A DNA stretch of 63,996 bases, filler included, from Dirinaria sp. TL-2023a (taxonomy: Eukaryota): NCBI GenBank assembly GCA_051941275.1. It is 3 parts of 3 records of this genome, joined end to end, with 100 filler letters (N's around TTAATTAATTAA, not from the genome) between each part and the next. Parts side by side here need not be neighbours in the genome. Positions count along the whole stretch, not along the records: positions 1 to 22,705 come from JAVEBF010000217.1; positions 22,806 to 45,463 come from JAVEBF010000218.1; 1 more part is not named here. One strand, given 5' to 3'. The notes under the pieces are model-generated. The model was not told the DNA's origin and made no database searches. It saw nothing but the letters and a program-made list of their open reading frames with translations. Of the stretch, positions 11,815-24,225 are shown piece after piece. Each line of letters opens with the position of its first letter. Position 1 is the stretch's first letter. The translations under genes were made by a program, and so were the position numbers.

Positions 11815-13661
11815 TCACTGGATATCTCTTCGCGTTGCTACCTGGCTCGCTTTGCCTGTATCAAGGTAGTCTCTTGGCGGGTCTTGAGGATGAATAGAGT
11901 CCGAAAAGGTATCCTGTGTCACCGACACTTTTAAGAAAGCCTGGCACAGAATCCCAGCAGCAACGCTGACATTCAAGCTATCTACGCCGCCTCGACCGAG
12001 TCTCTGCCCTTCGATCCCAACGTTGAAATCGGCTTTTTTTCGTAGGTTCAGCCTCAAACCATCACCTTCAGCCCCAATCATTAGTACGCAAGGATGGTGT
12101 GCTGCCGGACGCGCCAACGCGGACACGGAAATGTATCGCTGTTGCTTTCGGCCTTCGAATGGCTTTTCGGGAGCGACAGCCGCATAAAACCTCCACCCAT
12201 TTCTCTGCGATTCTTGGACGAAGTTCTGTGGTTGGTTGACGGACAAAAGCGGAAGGCTCTCTGAGGCTCCTGCAGAAGATTTGAGAGCTACTGGACTAAG
12301 AGGCGCACTATTACGGGTCGAGATAGCGACAGCATCGACTCCGAAGAAGTAGGCTGTTCTGAGGAGGGCACCAAGATTACCAGGATCAAGCTAAGCAGTA
12401 TACAGGTCAACCTACGCTACAAGATACCCAGGTACAGGCAGTAAGCACGTCCATGACAAAGGTAGGAAAAACTTACAATACCGTCCAGCAAAAGGATGAT
12501 AGGATATCTGACTGGGCCTCCAGCATATCGGACGGCTCTTTCGGTACCATTTATCACTTCTTCTTCTCGGGACTGATGGTCTAGATTTACATGGAATACT
12601 TCTTGCGGCTGTATCATCGTAGGCAAGCTTTTAACAGGCAGCTTTGGAAGTGGCGACGCTTCGAGAACATAACCCTGGCATATATCAACACAGAGCGCTC
12701 AAGAGTACTGAAAAGAAATCTCGTTCAAGCTTACATTGTGCGGTCTTCCTTTGCTCATCTTGTCGAGCAGCCTCAGCCAGCCGCCTTGCACCGGCATAAC
12801 TTCAACGCCTTTAGAGCGGGCCAGTTCACGCATAGATTCGTCCTGACGCCGATCCACACGATCAGGCCCGTCATATGAATAGAATTTGTAGAATTTTCTG
12901 CTGGAGAACCTCAAGGCTGCACTGACAACTGAAGCACCGTATAAAAACTCTGATGCCGGTGTTGTGTATGGTATTGCCAGCGGAGTCCCTGAGCGGCCGT
13001 TGTGCAGTCCCCTATCCTTCCCTTTGTGATTCCCGGACAGCCTATCAGAATAGTCAAGCGCTGCACTTTTGAGAGGAAACTTGTTCCGCTGCATGCTACC
13101 ACTCAGATCGTAGGTCGAGTCCAGATAGCTATCGTGTTCGACATCACGCTGCTCAGTAGGAAGTCTGGTTTCGCCCTGTCCAAATATTGCTGCACGCCGG
13201 GCGGCTCGAGTCGGTGTGGTAGAATGCGAGGGTTCTAGTGAGCCGGATGACTTTCCAGTAGAAGCTGGGTACCGTCGACGGGTTTCCGAGTTGACACCAA
13301 TCTGAGAAGCCTTGTGTGCGTATTTTCCATTCTGTAGTGGCCATCTGCGTCCTCTTTCACGAGACAAATGCTGCTTCACAGTCTTATTTGCTTCTTTACT
13401 CGTCCTTAATCCAGCGGTATCCTCGAAATCTCGTGTTTTGATCCTTTTGGGCAGACTCTTGCTTGGGAATTGATCTCTACTGCGCCCTCCATTGTGCGAG
13501 GTTCCTCTGGTTCCTCTGGTTCTTTCTCTAGAAATTGATTTCCGAATGCCCCTTTGGATCGCTGAATTAGTTGATATGAGTCTCCTTTCCCTCGGACACT
13601 TGAGATTCGCTCTTCTGAATATGGTGCTTGTAGGGTCCAAGGTTGATTGGAGAATCCGCAT
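11815..13661 (-). CDS. MRM1: Mitochondrial rRNA 2'-O-methyltransferase (SpoU/SPOUT family), 3 exons
   Basis: Exons 13661-12735, 12674-12477 and 12390-11815. Spliced motifs: SEFLYG, SKGRPHN|GYVLEASPLP, LLLDGI|LDPGNLGALLRTAYFFG, IGAEGDGL, VDSLNVSVAAGIL. The Arg-rich N-terminus fits a mitochondrial presequence. The start codon choice is inferred. Confidence 0.88.
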
Positions 13662-14233
13662 CGAATTTAACAGACTATGCGGTGCTCCGAAGCATTGAAT
13701 AGCTCCTTCCACACAACCTGAAAGGCCTCCAGTTGAGTGGTCAAAGTAAGGTGTTGTACCTTAGTTTCTCCGCTGACAGCCGAGAAATAGCCGAGCAAGG
13801 ATACGCGTATTAGTCTCTAGATACCGCGTCCAATCGCTTAACCTTGTCAACATTTCGGTCATCACATAAAAGTACCACTTTCGGATGTACTATATGTTGC
13901 CTTTCTCTTATTTCAATGGCTGTAAGTCTTGAGCAGTGATGTCAAGTCCTGCAGTGTGCTTCTACTGGCAGATATGAAAGCTCTGAAGTTGAAAGAGCTG
14001 TCACCCGTCCTGCCCATAGAAGCATCGCAGTAAGTTAGCCAGGCAAGGTCATTTTACCTTGACTCTTTCACTAGGCAGCTATTCTTCTTTCTTCAGTATC
14101 AGTGGAATCCTGTAGCAGTTGTCGAACTGAATTCTGATCTGTCAATTGCGGATTACTCAATTTCTCAAGCACCTGGCAAGATCTTAAAAGCGTACAAGAC
14201 AAAAGGCATAAAGCAATCAGACAGATCTTCAAG

Positions 14234-17200
14234 ATGTCACCACCTAGTGAGCATGAGTCTCACAAGAAAGATCCAATGCATAACAACAATCTCTCGGCGG
14301 GCTCGGCGGGCTCGGCAGACTCGGTGGGTCTGCGTAACAGCACAACCCCGGAATACCAGGTCTCGTCGCTTGTCGTCCTTGAAAATGGGTCAGGATCACC
14401 AGTCATAAGGTCCTCAACAGCACCAATCTCAACTCGAGGAACCTTTGCAGTGATACCGCCCAAAGTTGAAAGGCCTTGGGAGTATCGTTTATATGAGGAC
14501 GACATAGTCATTGACAAGGTCCTGGAAGAGATTATTGGGCAATACGAAGTGAAGTATATTGTGCGGTTCAAGGACGGTCACGAAAGCACAGTAAGTAATC
14601 AAATTTCGAGGTCAATGTAGTCTTCAGCATACCTTACGAGATTGCAGATCCCTCAATCGCAGCTTCGTTCATTTAGAAACGCAGACCGGGCTCTTGCGCA
14701 CTACGAAGAGCATCTTTCTATGGAGCAGTCTTCTTCTGACGAGGTTGTACTAGCAGCGGCGCGTCAACGTACTCAGCACCCGCGTCGCGCGACCACAGTA
14801 GCCAAAGCCTCGGATGTGGTATCCTCCTCATCAGATGATGAACTAACTAGAAATAAGAGGCGACCAGGACCGCCACGTAGAGCAGGGTTCTCCGCATCCT
14901 GGAGACGAGGACGCCCACCTCGTCCTTCTGAGACTGCACTCGAATCGTCATCCAGCGAAGAATCTGACACACCGTGGAAGCGAGCTACCAGGAAGAGTAC
15001 AGTGAAACGATCAACGCGAGCCACCTCCGGTCATCGGCCCAACTACACGGAATTCCCAGTCACTAACGAATTTGAGAGCGATAGCAGTAGCAGTAGCATC
15101 TCGGGCAAGAGGGGGAGGACTCGGGCTAAACGATCCAAAACAGCAACATTGAGCCGCGCTTCAGGTAGGGGTAAGGCCCATACAGAAGCTACACGACGAT
15201 CGTCACGTGTAAAAAAATCTCTCAACATGCGTGAGATCGGTGAAGACGACATCCGAGAAGTCGTTGTCGACAAAACCGCACGAAAAGTGGTTGGAATCAA
15301 AGAGATATTTAAAATTCTACCCAAGGACGACGAGTTTAGACTACGACACAACCAGACATGTGTAACGTGCGAGGAGCTTGGTAGTGAAGATAAGAAGGGC
15401 CCCCTGGTATTCTGTCAAGGGTGTACAAGTTCCTATCACCAGAAATGCCTTGGACCTCGTAATCAGAGAGAACACCTGGTCACTAAGGTGGGACCCGATG
15501 ACTTTGTCCTTCAATGTCGTCGCTGTCTCGATGTTCGTCGTCTCAGAGACCCTAGAGTCCCGAGACAAGGTTCCTGTTATGAATGCGGTACTCTTGGCAG
15601 TGTCTCCAATGCATTCCGTACGCGTCAATCCACGAAAGAAGAGCAGCAGGCAAGGGAAAATAACGGCGGTGAAGATCCATCGGTGGACGTCTCACAGCAT
15701 TTGATCAATGAGCCTGATAACGTTCTGTTTCGATGCGTGCTCTGTCACCGAGCTTCTCATTTCCAGCATCTACCCCCACGAGAGAAGCCCAGCAAAGTAC
15801 CCGACGGCATTAGCAATAAGGAACTGGCAGAACAACGCTTCTCTGAGTACTGCAAAGACTGGTATTGCGATGACTGCACCTCAGCGCCTGCAGAGATCGA
15901 TAGCCTGGTAGCTTGGAGGCCTCGTGACATAAACAATTACTTTGTGGGACTGTCAGCCGACGATGTGAAAGCGGAGGACGTAGAATACCTGGTGAAATGG
16001 AAATCTCTCTCCTACTTTAAGTGCGTTTGGATGCCTGGCGCTTGGGTATGGGGTGTCACATCTTCGGCCATGAGAAAGGCTTTTGCGAAGCGCGACGAAG
16101 CGCGTCAGCCTAAATTGAGCACAGAAGACGCTGTGCCGGAAGAGTACTTACAGGTCGACATTGTGTTTGATGTGGTGTATACGAACGTCGTGAAAGTGCA
16201 CGACGAGTCCGTCGACAAGGCTCGCATCAAAGAAGTCAAGCAAACCCTGGTGAAATTCAAAGGACTTGATTACGAACAGGTCGTTTGGGAAGCGCCCCCA
16301 AGTCCAGATGATTCGGCAAGATGGGCCGAGTTCCAAAATGCTTACGATGATTGGGTTGCAGCTCGGTACATCCACATACCCGAGCAGCGTTCGTTGAACG
16401 AGCGCATTTCCAAATTGAGATCAGAGGACTTCGCGGAGGCAGTGGTGATGAAAAGCCAGCCAGCAAATCTGACGGGTGGTAGTTTAATGCCATACCAGAT
16501 GGACGGACTCAATTGGCTTTATTATCAGTGGCACAAGCAGCAAAACGCCATCCTAGCAGACGAAATGGGCCTTGGTAAGACTATCCAAGTGATCAGCTTT
16601 CTATCGACCCTGAAGCTTCATGGGTGCTGGCCGTTCCTGATAGTCGTGCCGAACGCTACTTGCGCAAACTGGCGCCGCGAAATAAAGCGGTGGGCTCCAT
16701 CTCTGCGTGTTGTTACGTATTTCGAGAATGCTGAAGCGAGGTGGCTTACGTACAAATACGAGCTGTTTCATGGACATTCGAAAGATCTAAAGAGCCACAT
16801 CGTCATCACTTCATACGAAGCGGCTCAGAAGGAAGCGTTCCGAAAAGTCTTTCGAGGCGTGAATTGGCGAGGCTTGGTAGTCGATGAAGGGCAACGACTT
16901 AAGAACGACGAGAACCTTTTATATGGATCTCTAAGCGCCCTCCAGATACCTTTCAAGCTCCTTCTCTCCGGCACGCCCATGCAAAACAATCCGAGGGAGC
17001 TCTATAATCTGCTCCAATTCCTTGACACGTCCATCAGTGCGAAAGGCATGGAGGCAGAGTTCAGCGATTTGACAAAGCAGAGCGTTTCAAAACTGCATGA
17101 GATTCTTCGTCCATTTTTCCTACGACGCACAAAGGCTCAGGTGTTGGATTTCTTACCACCAATGGCACAAATTATTGTGCCCGTCACCCTAACCGTACTG

Positions 17201-19253
17201 CAGAAAAGGCTCTACAAATCGATCTTAGGCAAAAACCGAGACCTTCTCAAGGCGATAATTGGAGGGGAGAAGCGGTTGCTGGGTAAGAAGGAAAAAGCCG
17301 GTCTCCACAACATACTCATGCACTTGCGAAAGTGCTTGTGCCATCCCTTTGTATACTCTAGGGACATTGAAGAGCATACCGCTGACGAAAGCGTTGCACA
17401 TCGCAATCTTGTTGACGCATCCGCGAAGCTACAGCTGCTGGAAGTCATGCTGCCAAAACTTCAAGAACGGGGTCACCGAGTCCTGATCTTCACTTCATTT
17501 TTAGGCATGCTCACTATCCTGGAGGATTTCTTAGCCGCTCTGGGTTTCTTCTATCAACGTCTGGACGGCAGCATGGACTCCTCACAAAAGCAGAAACGCA
17601 TCGATGAGTTCAATGCACCAAACTCGCCACTCTTCGCATTTCTGCTCTCAACACGCGCAGGTGGCGTAGGTATCAATCTCGCCACAGCTGACACCGTGAT
17701 CATTCTAGATCCTGACTTCAATCCGCACCAAGACATCCAAGCTCTGTCTCGCGCACATCGTATTGGCCAGAAGGAGAAAGTTCTGGTATTTCAATTGATG
17801 ACACGGTCTACTGTCGAAGAGAAGATAATGCGGAATGGAAAGAAGAAGATGGCACTGGACCATGTCCTGATAGAACAAATGGACGCTCAAGACGATGAGG
17901 GGCATGATTATGAGTCTATTTTGCGTGATAGCACTCAGGCTCTACTTCAAGACGATACCAAAGACATCCACTACGATTCCGCCTCAGTCGATAAGCTCCT
18001 GGACAGGAGCCAGATGGAGAACACCTCCACCGGCACGGATAGAACTGCCGAGTCACAGTTCAGCTTCGCCCGCGTCTGGGCTAACGATAGAGCTATCATG
18101 GAGGATTCGATGGGCGAACCTGCTAGCAGCGTCCACACTCCAGACCCCTCGGTTTGGGAAAAGAATTGGGAGAAGATCCTCAAGGAACGCGAGGAAGAGG
18201 TTGCGGCAGAAGCTGCCACTCGATTTCAAGTTCTGGGTAGAGGAAAGCGAAAACGACGGGTGAACGATAATTCAATGTTCCTTCTAACATCGAGCTCTCA
18301 CTAAAGTTTTCAGGTGGTGAACTACAATCCGAAAGATAAGGATGATAACGATGATAACGATGATGAGGATGCGATGGACGCGGTGGACGCGCAGGCAGAA
18401 AGCAGCAGCGAGTATGAGGAAAGGGGCAATAACGATCCCCATGACAGCGAAGGTGGCTCGACTGGGAAAGTGAATGCCAAAGAGCTGGACTCTAAGAAAA
18501 AGAAGTCACGCTCGAGAAGCCAGGATAAGCCGCATTCCACTAAAAAAGGTATGCAATTCCACGAGAGAAGTCAATCTGAGTTTCCAGAAATTAAAAAGCG
18601 CTGATTGTCTCGTAGCTAAGGGGTTCGAACGCGTAAAGACGACGACGCAAACGCTACCAATGCCATCGTATGATGGTACGGGAGAAGGTGAACAACCTGC
18701 TCCCTGCCTCACTTGCCAGAATCATCATGCTGCCGGCTACTGCCCCCTGAAGCTTGCCGGCCGTGAGCACTGCCCTCTGTGTGGGTTGTCCCATTACGGC
18801 CATCAGCGGACGTGTCCCAGCCTGGACTCGATCCCCAAATGTCTAGCGATGCTTGAGTCACTGAAGGGATACCTTGGACCGCAACGCGCGGTCGACAGTG
18901 CGAAAGAATACATCGTTGGGGTCATTGGTGATCTCCGACGTCAGCAGCGACAGCAGGCAGATAGGGTCAGGCAATTGAATCAGCAAGGGCGTCAAGGGCA
19001 TCAAGGGCCGGCGATGGCTCCTCCCAATCCGACTGCGGCTTCACAACCCGTGACAGGTTTCCGAGCGCAAGGAAACTCGAGCAGCGCAGATGCCAACGGG
19101 AATGCTCTGTCCAGCCTGAGCACGGCAAATGCTAACGGTGGGTCGGACACTGGGCGAGGTGGGACTAGACTGCCAGTTGTTGAGGGGGCAGCAGAGGGAG
19201 CAGCAGAGGGAGCGACGCTGCCAAGGGGAGGGGGTTCATCAGAACACCCATGA
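14234..19253 (+). CDS. mit1: Mi-2/CHD-type chromatin remodeller, S. pombe Mit1 (SHREC)-like: PHD fingers, chromodomains, SNF2 ATPase, C-terminal Zn motif; 4 exons
   Basis: Exons 14234-14590, 14648-18259, 18314-18548 and 18616-19253. PHD (CVTC..CQGCTSSYHQKC..CRRC), chromo (EYLVKWKSLSYFKCVW; LVKFKGLDYEQVVWE), Walker A LADEMGLGKT, VVDEGQRLKN, LLSTRAGGVGINL, QALSRAHRIGQ, and C-terminal CLTC..H...CPLKLAGREHCPLCGLSHYG..RTCP. Confidence 0.87.
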
Positions 19254-20896
19254 TGGGCGGAGGAGCTCGGGGCAGGCGTTCTTCATAGCAACATAGCAGT
19301 AGGACTGGATCCAGTCCTCTGCTCCCTGCGCTGTTGCTGTTGTACATTACAATTCCACTCCTTGCACTATTGCTCTTGTACATTATTACATTCAATGGAT
19401 TCGGCATAGCAATCATAGACTCGCTACCTGAACTTTCCAGAGATGCCGTTCCAGCGTTGTAGCTCGGCGCAACCATGCTACCACGACCCCTCATCCACCA
19501 GTCCGGTTGTGGGTGGTTGATGATTGATTCGGTAGAAGGGAGAAAAAAACACATGATCACGGGCGAGATTCCCGAGCGCTTATCTATCTCGTGCGACGTG
19601 TTGGGTGGGTTCCATCAGCATCTTTTTTCATCGTCGTAACTTGATCACGGTGATACACTGGGGCATCGCTACCTTGAGGTATCGAGTCATTTATGGGATG
19701 TCCATATTGAACACACGCCACGCCACCCTCTGGATCGTCATGCGCCACGCTTGTCCTTGTATTGTCGCCACACAACCCTAAGTCACTCCAACTACCTTAC
19801 CTTACCGTGGCCGTGTGTTCGACGAGATACCTAAATATTAATGCTTTCGTATGACGGACCTTGAGGTATATTATCAAACACGTCGAGCAATTACGCAATA
19901 ATCGATTCCACACAATAACGTCGAGCTCAAGACTGAAGAGGGGCGGGTATTCAGGTCAGTGTGGAATCTCAAGTATCATCCAGTTGTCCAGTCACGAGGG
20001 CTGCCGCCTTTCTCAAAACGGCAACAAACCGCGGGCATGGATGGAACAACGGCTCTTCAGAGTCACAAGGATGTAAGATACTTTAGGGTAGATGAAGATG
20101 GAAGCAAACAAAGGAACCCTTGGAGCGTGTGATGGCAGGTGCAGGCCTCGCAAGCTTCGCAGGCTTCGCCCCTGTTCCTCTTTGTTCCTTGTGCCAGCCA
20201 ACCTTCCCTTGATCCCTTCGCTCCCGCCTTATCAATGATCAGAAAAGCAGGGCAACGGCAGATCCGCAACACGAACGCCATTGGCTCGACGCTATCGCAC
20301 ATACGGCAGTGCCTACAGGACCGAGGCGTACTTCCCGTACTTTACCTATCAATGGAACCTGAATGAGACACCAATAATAGCCAGTACTGAGGCATTCAAT
20401 CGTCACGGAATCCCCGACCCTCGCTGTGACGCAACTCATGGCTACTTTGACGAATTGACGCCGAGCTCAGCCAGCCCATCGTCATCAGAGCGTCAAACAA
20501 GTATCCGCGTCGCACGAGAATACCTCAGCTCTCCTCTCCTTACCTTTCCCTTTGATATGCGGTACTCGCCTGCAGTTCAGCCTGTTGGACAACCTAAGCC
20601 TCTGATCCTCTGATGGCACTGTCACCCCACCCACCAGACCTTCCTCTTTGTTTGTCACAGCTGCCATCGAATGTGCACAAGATCGCCACCCCTTCCGTTT
20701 AGGCAGGCATCTTCATCATGCTCCTCCCTTGCCCCATGGCAGGCTATATTATTGCTCTTTTCCCTCTTCTTCTCTCTCCCTTCTTCTTTCCCAAGCTCGT
20801 CTCCACTGACTGCTTTTATTTTTTATTACAACTTCTGCACTGATCCAAGTCTCCTAGACCGAAACCTATATCTTCCTACGCCAAAACAACGCAACC

Positions 20897-22247
20897 ATGG
20901 CAAGCAAACTTACCAAGATCAAGCTTGTCCATAATCCCAAATACCAGGCTTCTGGCCCCAAATCTTATGTCTACCTCCTCAAGAAGTACAAATTCGGTCC
21001 TACCACAGACGGGCCCTACTTCGTCACCAACAAGGTCCACCAGCAAGGCAAGCACGGTGAGACCAAAGCTGTTGGTGGGAAGGCCCATGTCCAACAGCGT
21101 GTTCTCCTGAAGAGGGGTGCAACTCAGGGTCAAGCCGGTGAGGTGCCTGCCGAAGATGAGCAAAACGACTCCGAATACCTCTGCGAGGTGAAGATCGGCA
21201 CCCCGGGCCAAAACTTTAAGCTGGACTTCGATACTGGATCAGCAGATCTTTGGATCTGGTCCACCGAACTTCCCAAGTCTACCTCCACGGCCGGCCACAC
21301 GGTCTTTGACCCCAAGAAATCCAGCACCTTCAAGAACTCTTCCGGCTCCACCTGGAAAATCTCCTACGGCGACAACTCATCTGCCTCGGGCACCGTCGGC
21401 ACAGACAAGGTCGACATCGGCGGTCTCGTGATCAAGAACCAAGCCATCGAGCTCGCGAACACTCTTTCAGAGCAATTCCAGCAAGGTGTTGGTGACGGTC
21501 TCCTAGGCCTCGCCTGGGGGAACATCAACACCGTTTCCCCCAAGCCTGTGGCAACGCCGGTGGAGAACATGATCACCCAAGAGGATATCCCGAAGAAATC
21601 CGAGCTCTTCACCGCGCACTTGGGGTCCGTGAACGACGACGGTGACGCCGACCGCAAGGACTCGTTCTACACCTTCGGGTACATTGACCAAGACGCTTTG
21701 GGCGGTCAAGAACCGTACTACACCCCCGTCGATAACTCGCAAGGGTTCTGGCAATTCACGTCCGCCTCTGCGACGGTCGCTGGCGAGACCGTCGATCGCT
21801 CGGGTAACACGGCGATCGCCGATACGGGCACGACGCTCGCGCTCGTGGACGATGCCACGTGTGAGAAAATCTACAAGGCCATCCCAGGTGGCAAGTTCGA
21901 CTCCACGCAGCAGGGCTACGTCTTCCCGACCGACACCGCGGCCGACAAGTTGCCGATCGTGAGCTTCGCGGTCGGCGAGAAGCAGTTCGACGTCAACAAG
22001 GCGGATCTGGCCTTTGCGGACGCAGGCAACGGGATGACTTATGGCGGTATCCAGAGCAGGGGCGACCTCACTTTCGATATTCTGGGGGATACATTCCTCA
22101 AGGGCATTTACGCCGTAAGTTTTTTTTCCTCATCTCTCTCTCTGTGCCTTCCTATCATAGGTATGTTTGTGCAAAGTAACTGACCGAGCACTTCTCTAGA
22201 TCTTCGACCAAGGCAATACCCGCTTCGGCGCTGTCCAACGCACTTGA
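20897..22247 (+). CDS. Pepsin-family (A1) aspartic endopeptidase, aspergillopepsin-like, no signal peptide; 2 exons
   Basis: Exon 1 20897-22114, intron 22115-22199 (GTAAGT..CTGAC..TAG), exon 2 22200-22247 (IFDQGNTRFGAVQRT*). Both catalytic motifs are present (LDFDTGSADLW, AIADTGTTL), along with the flap WKISYGD, DGLLGLAW and ILGDTFLK. Confidence 0.92.
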
Positions 22248-22665
22248 GAAACCTCGAAACCTCGAAAGATAGACATGTGCTGCAGATAAGGTTCTTACAC
22301 CGTTACACAGACGTAGGGACTTAGTCGTCTAGGGTGAGGACATAATTGGTTCGGTGGCTGTATAATCAACCTAGCGAAATGGAGAGGGTCAGGGTAGGGT
22401 TGTTGAGATAGAATAGTTACCTTACACCAGGGGGTTTGATTCTTGGGTTGCTTGCTTGCTTGCTTGCGGCTCCTGACTGTCCTTTTCCCTTTCTCTCTCT
22501 CTCTCTGATTGGAAGTAAATGAAGGATCGACGTAACGATAGCATACTTTACTTAGCGCCGTTTGAGAGATACACGACGGGTGGTGGTTCTTCAATAATAA
22601 CAAACAGAGCATTGGCCATTAGCTACCTTAGGTATACCTACCCAATCCATATATTATTATTATTA

Positions 22666-22705
<40 letters not shown>

Positions 22706-22805
22706 NNNNNNNNNNNNNNNNNNNNNNNNNNNNNNNNNNNNNNNNNNNNTTAATTAATTAANNNNNNNNNNNNNNNNNNNNNNNNNNNNNNNNNNNNNNN
22801 NNNNN
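22706..22805. other. Artificial scaffold gap spacer (44 N + TTAATTAATTAA + 44 N)
   Basis: Exactly 100 nt. The central palindromic 12-mer gives stops in all six frames. It has the same structure as the spacer at 45464 and follows a poly-T run. Confidence 0.97.
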
Positions 22806-23235
22806 GTGGTTGGGGCAAGGGAGGCGAGAGATAGATTATTTTTGAAAGCTAGGTGAAAAAGAGGAGATAGATATTTCGAGCTTGAAGCTTCGTGGGATAC
22901 GGGAATGGGAACGAGTCTTGAGAGGCAATGGTTGTGGTGACGAGCACCTCTCACTCAATAAGAAGAGGATGCTCGATCTTTGATCTAGATCTCGCTACAC
23001 CGAGGGAATATTGAATCTCTATTTTATGGTACGCATAGATGGACTGCACTTCAACGGTATCTCAATGTTGGTTCTATCCTGAAATACAAAAAAAGTCCCA
23101 GGGGTATCTATCTATTTTCTCCACAAAAAACGCCGCGCTTGGGGATTGAAGAGATGCCAGCCGAAAACAACGCGAAGAATCCTTCGGCCTTTTTTTCTTC
23201 TTCTGAGCATGCCTGCTTTCCTGTCACGCCCAGAA

Positions 23236-24225
23236 TCACTCGTCCCCTCGATCCGGATAATCCCTCAAAATCTCCCATCCGGCCTCCTCCTCCCTCAACT
23301 GCCTCTGCATGCCCAGCGCGGCCCTTAACCCGCGAACCTCCTCCTGCAAGCCCTCCACCACCTTGACCGGCGTCTCCTCTTCCTCGCACCGCAACCGGTA
23401 CGCCTCCCTCAGCATCTCCACGCTGCGCAGGAACATCTTATGCCAGTGGTCCTTCTCCAACCGGGCCTCCAGATGCGCATCTTTCTCCTCCTGCAGCAGC
23501 TTGTTGTACTGCAGCGATATATTGGTTTGCTGGCTCTTGTTCTGGAAGGAGTAGTCCCGCACCATGGTCGTGATGTTGCCGATCGCGATCTCGTAGTCGC
23601 CCAGCAAGCGGGTGTTTTCGCGGTTTTCGCGCTGCGACGTCGCGAGCGAGGTGCGTGTTGTGGCGAGAGCGTGTTCGAGGTCGGCGATCCGGGCGGCCGT
23701 GATTTCGCTGTTGGCTTCTTGGAGAGAAGGAGAGGCCCCGTTGGCTGCTGCCCGAGTCTGTGGTGGAAAAGATACTTCAGGTCAGCTAGAGGCTCTGATA
23801 GGCATGAAGAAGAGTGGTTTGGGGGCGGGCGGATGGAGATCTCTCTTGAAAAGCTTCCCATGTGGCAACAACAAACGAAGCCTGCCAAGACATGGGGAAA
23901 AGCAAAATATACGCACAGCCAACTCCTCAGCACCCCTCACGATCCCCTGAGTCCTCTCCCTGTTCTCGCGCAGCAGTTCGCTCAGCTCCAATACTTTCTG
24001 GTACAGCAGATTCACATCCATCTGCGCGCCCGCATTCATGGGCAGAAGTCCTCCGCCGCCGCCCATCCCCGCGCCATTCATCCCCCCTCCCACTCCATTG
24101 ACACCCCCGTTACCGATCTGTGACTGCTGTTGCTGGGAGTTGGCCATTGGGGAAGGTGCAGATCGGGAGTTGGGAGCAGGGTAGTGGCCGTTGTTGTTGT
24201 TGTTGTGGTCAAAGGAGGGGAACAT
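23236..24225 (-). CDS. Conserved fungal small coiled-coil protein, possibly SIKE/FGFR1OP2-like (SCI1/SipB-type); 2 exons
   Basis: Exon 1 24225-23917 (MFPSFDH..AGAQMDVNLLYQKVLELSELLRENRERTQGIVRGAEELA), intron 23916-23758 (GTGCGT..GCTGAC..CAG), exon 2 23757-23236 (TRAAANG..QRENRENTRLLGDYEIAIGNITTMVRDY..YNKLLQEEK..LREAYRLR..LQEEVRGLRAALG). Heptad pattern throughout. Confidence 0.8.

Noticed and set aside
22750..22761. Perfect palindrome TTAATTAATTAA (also at 45508-45519) as a biological repeat or site
   Set aside because: It is centred in exactly 44+44 N both times, so it is an assembly linker.
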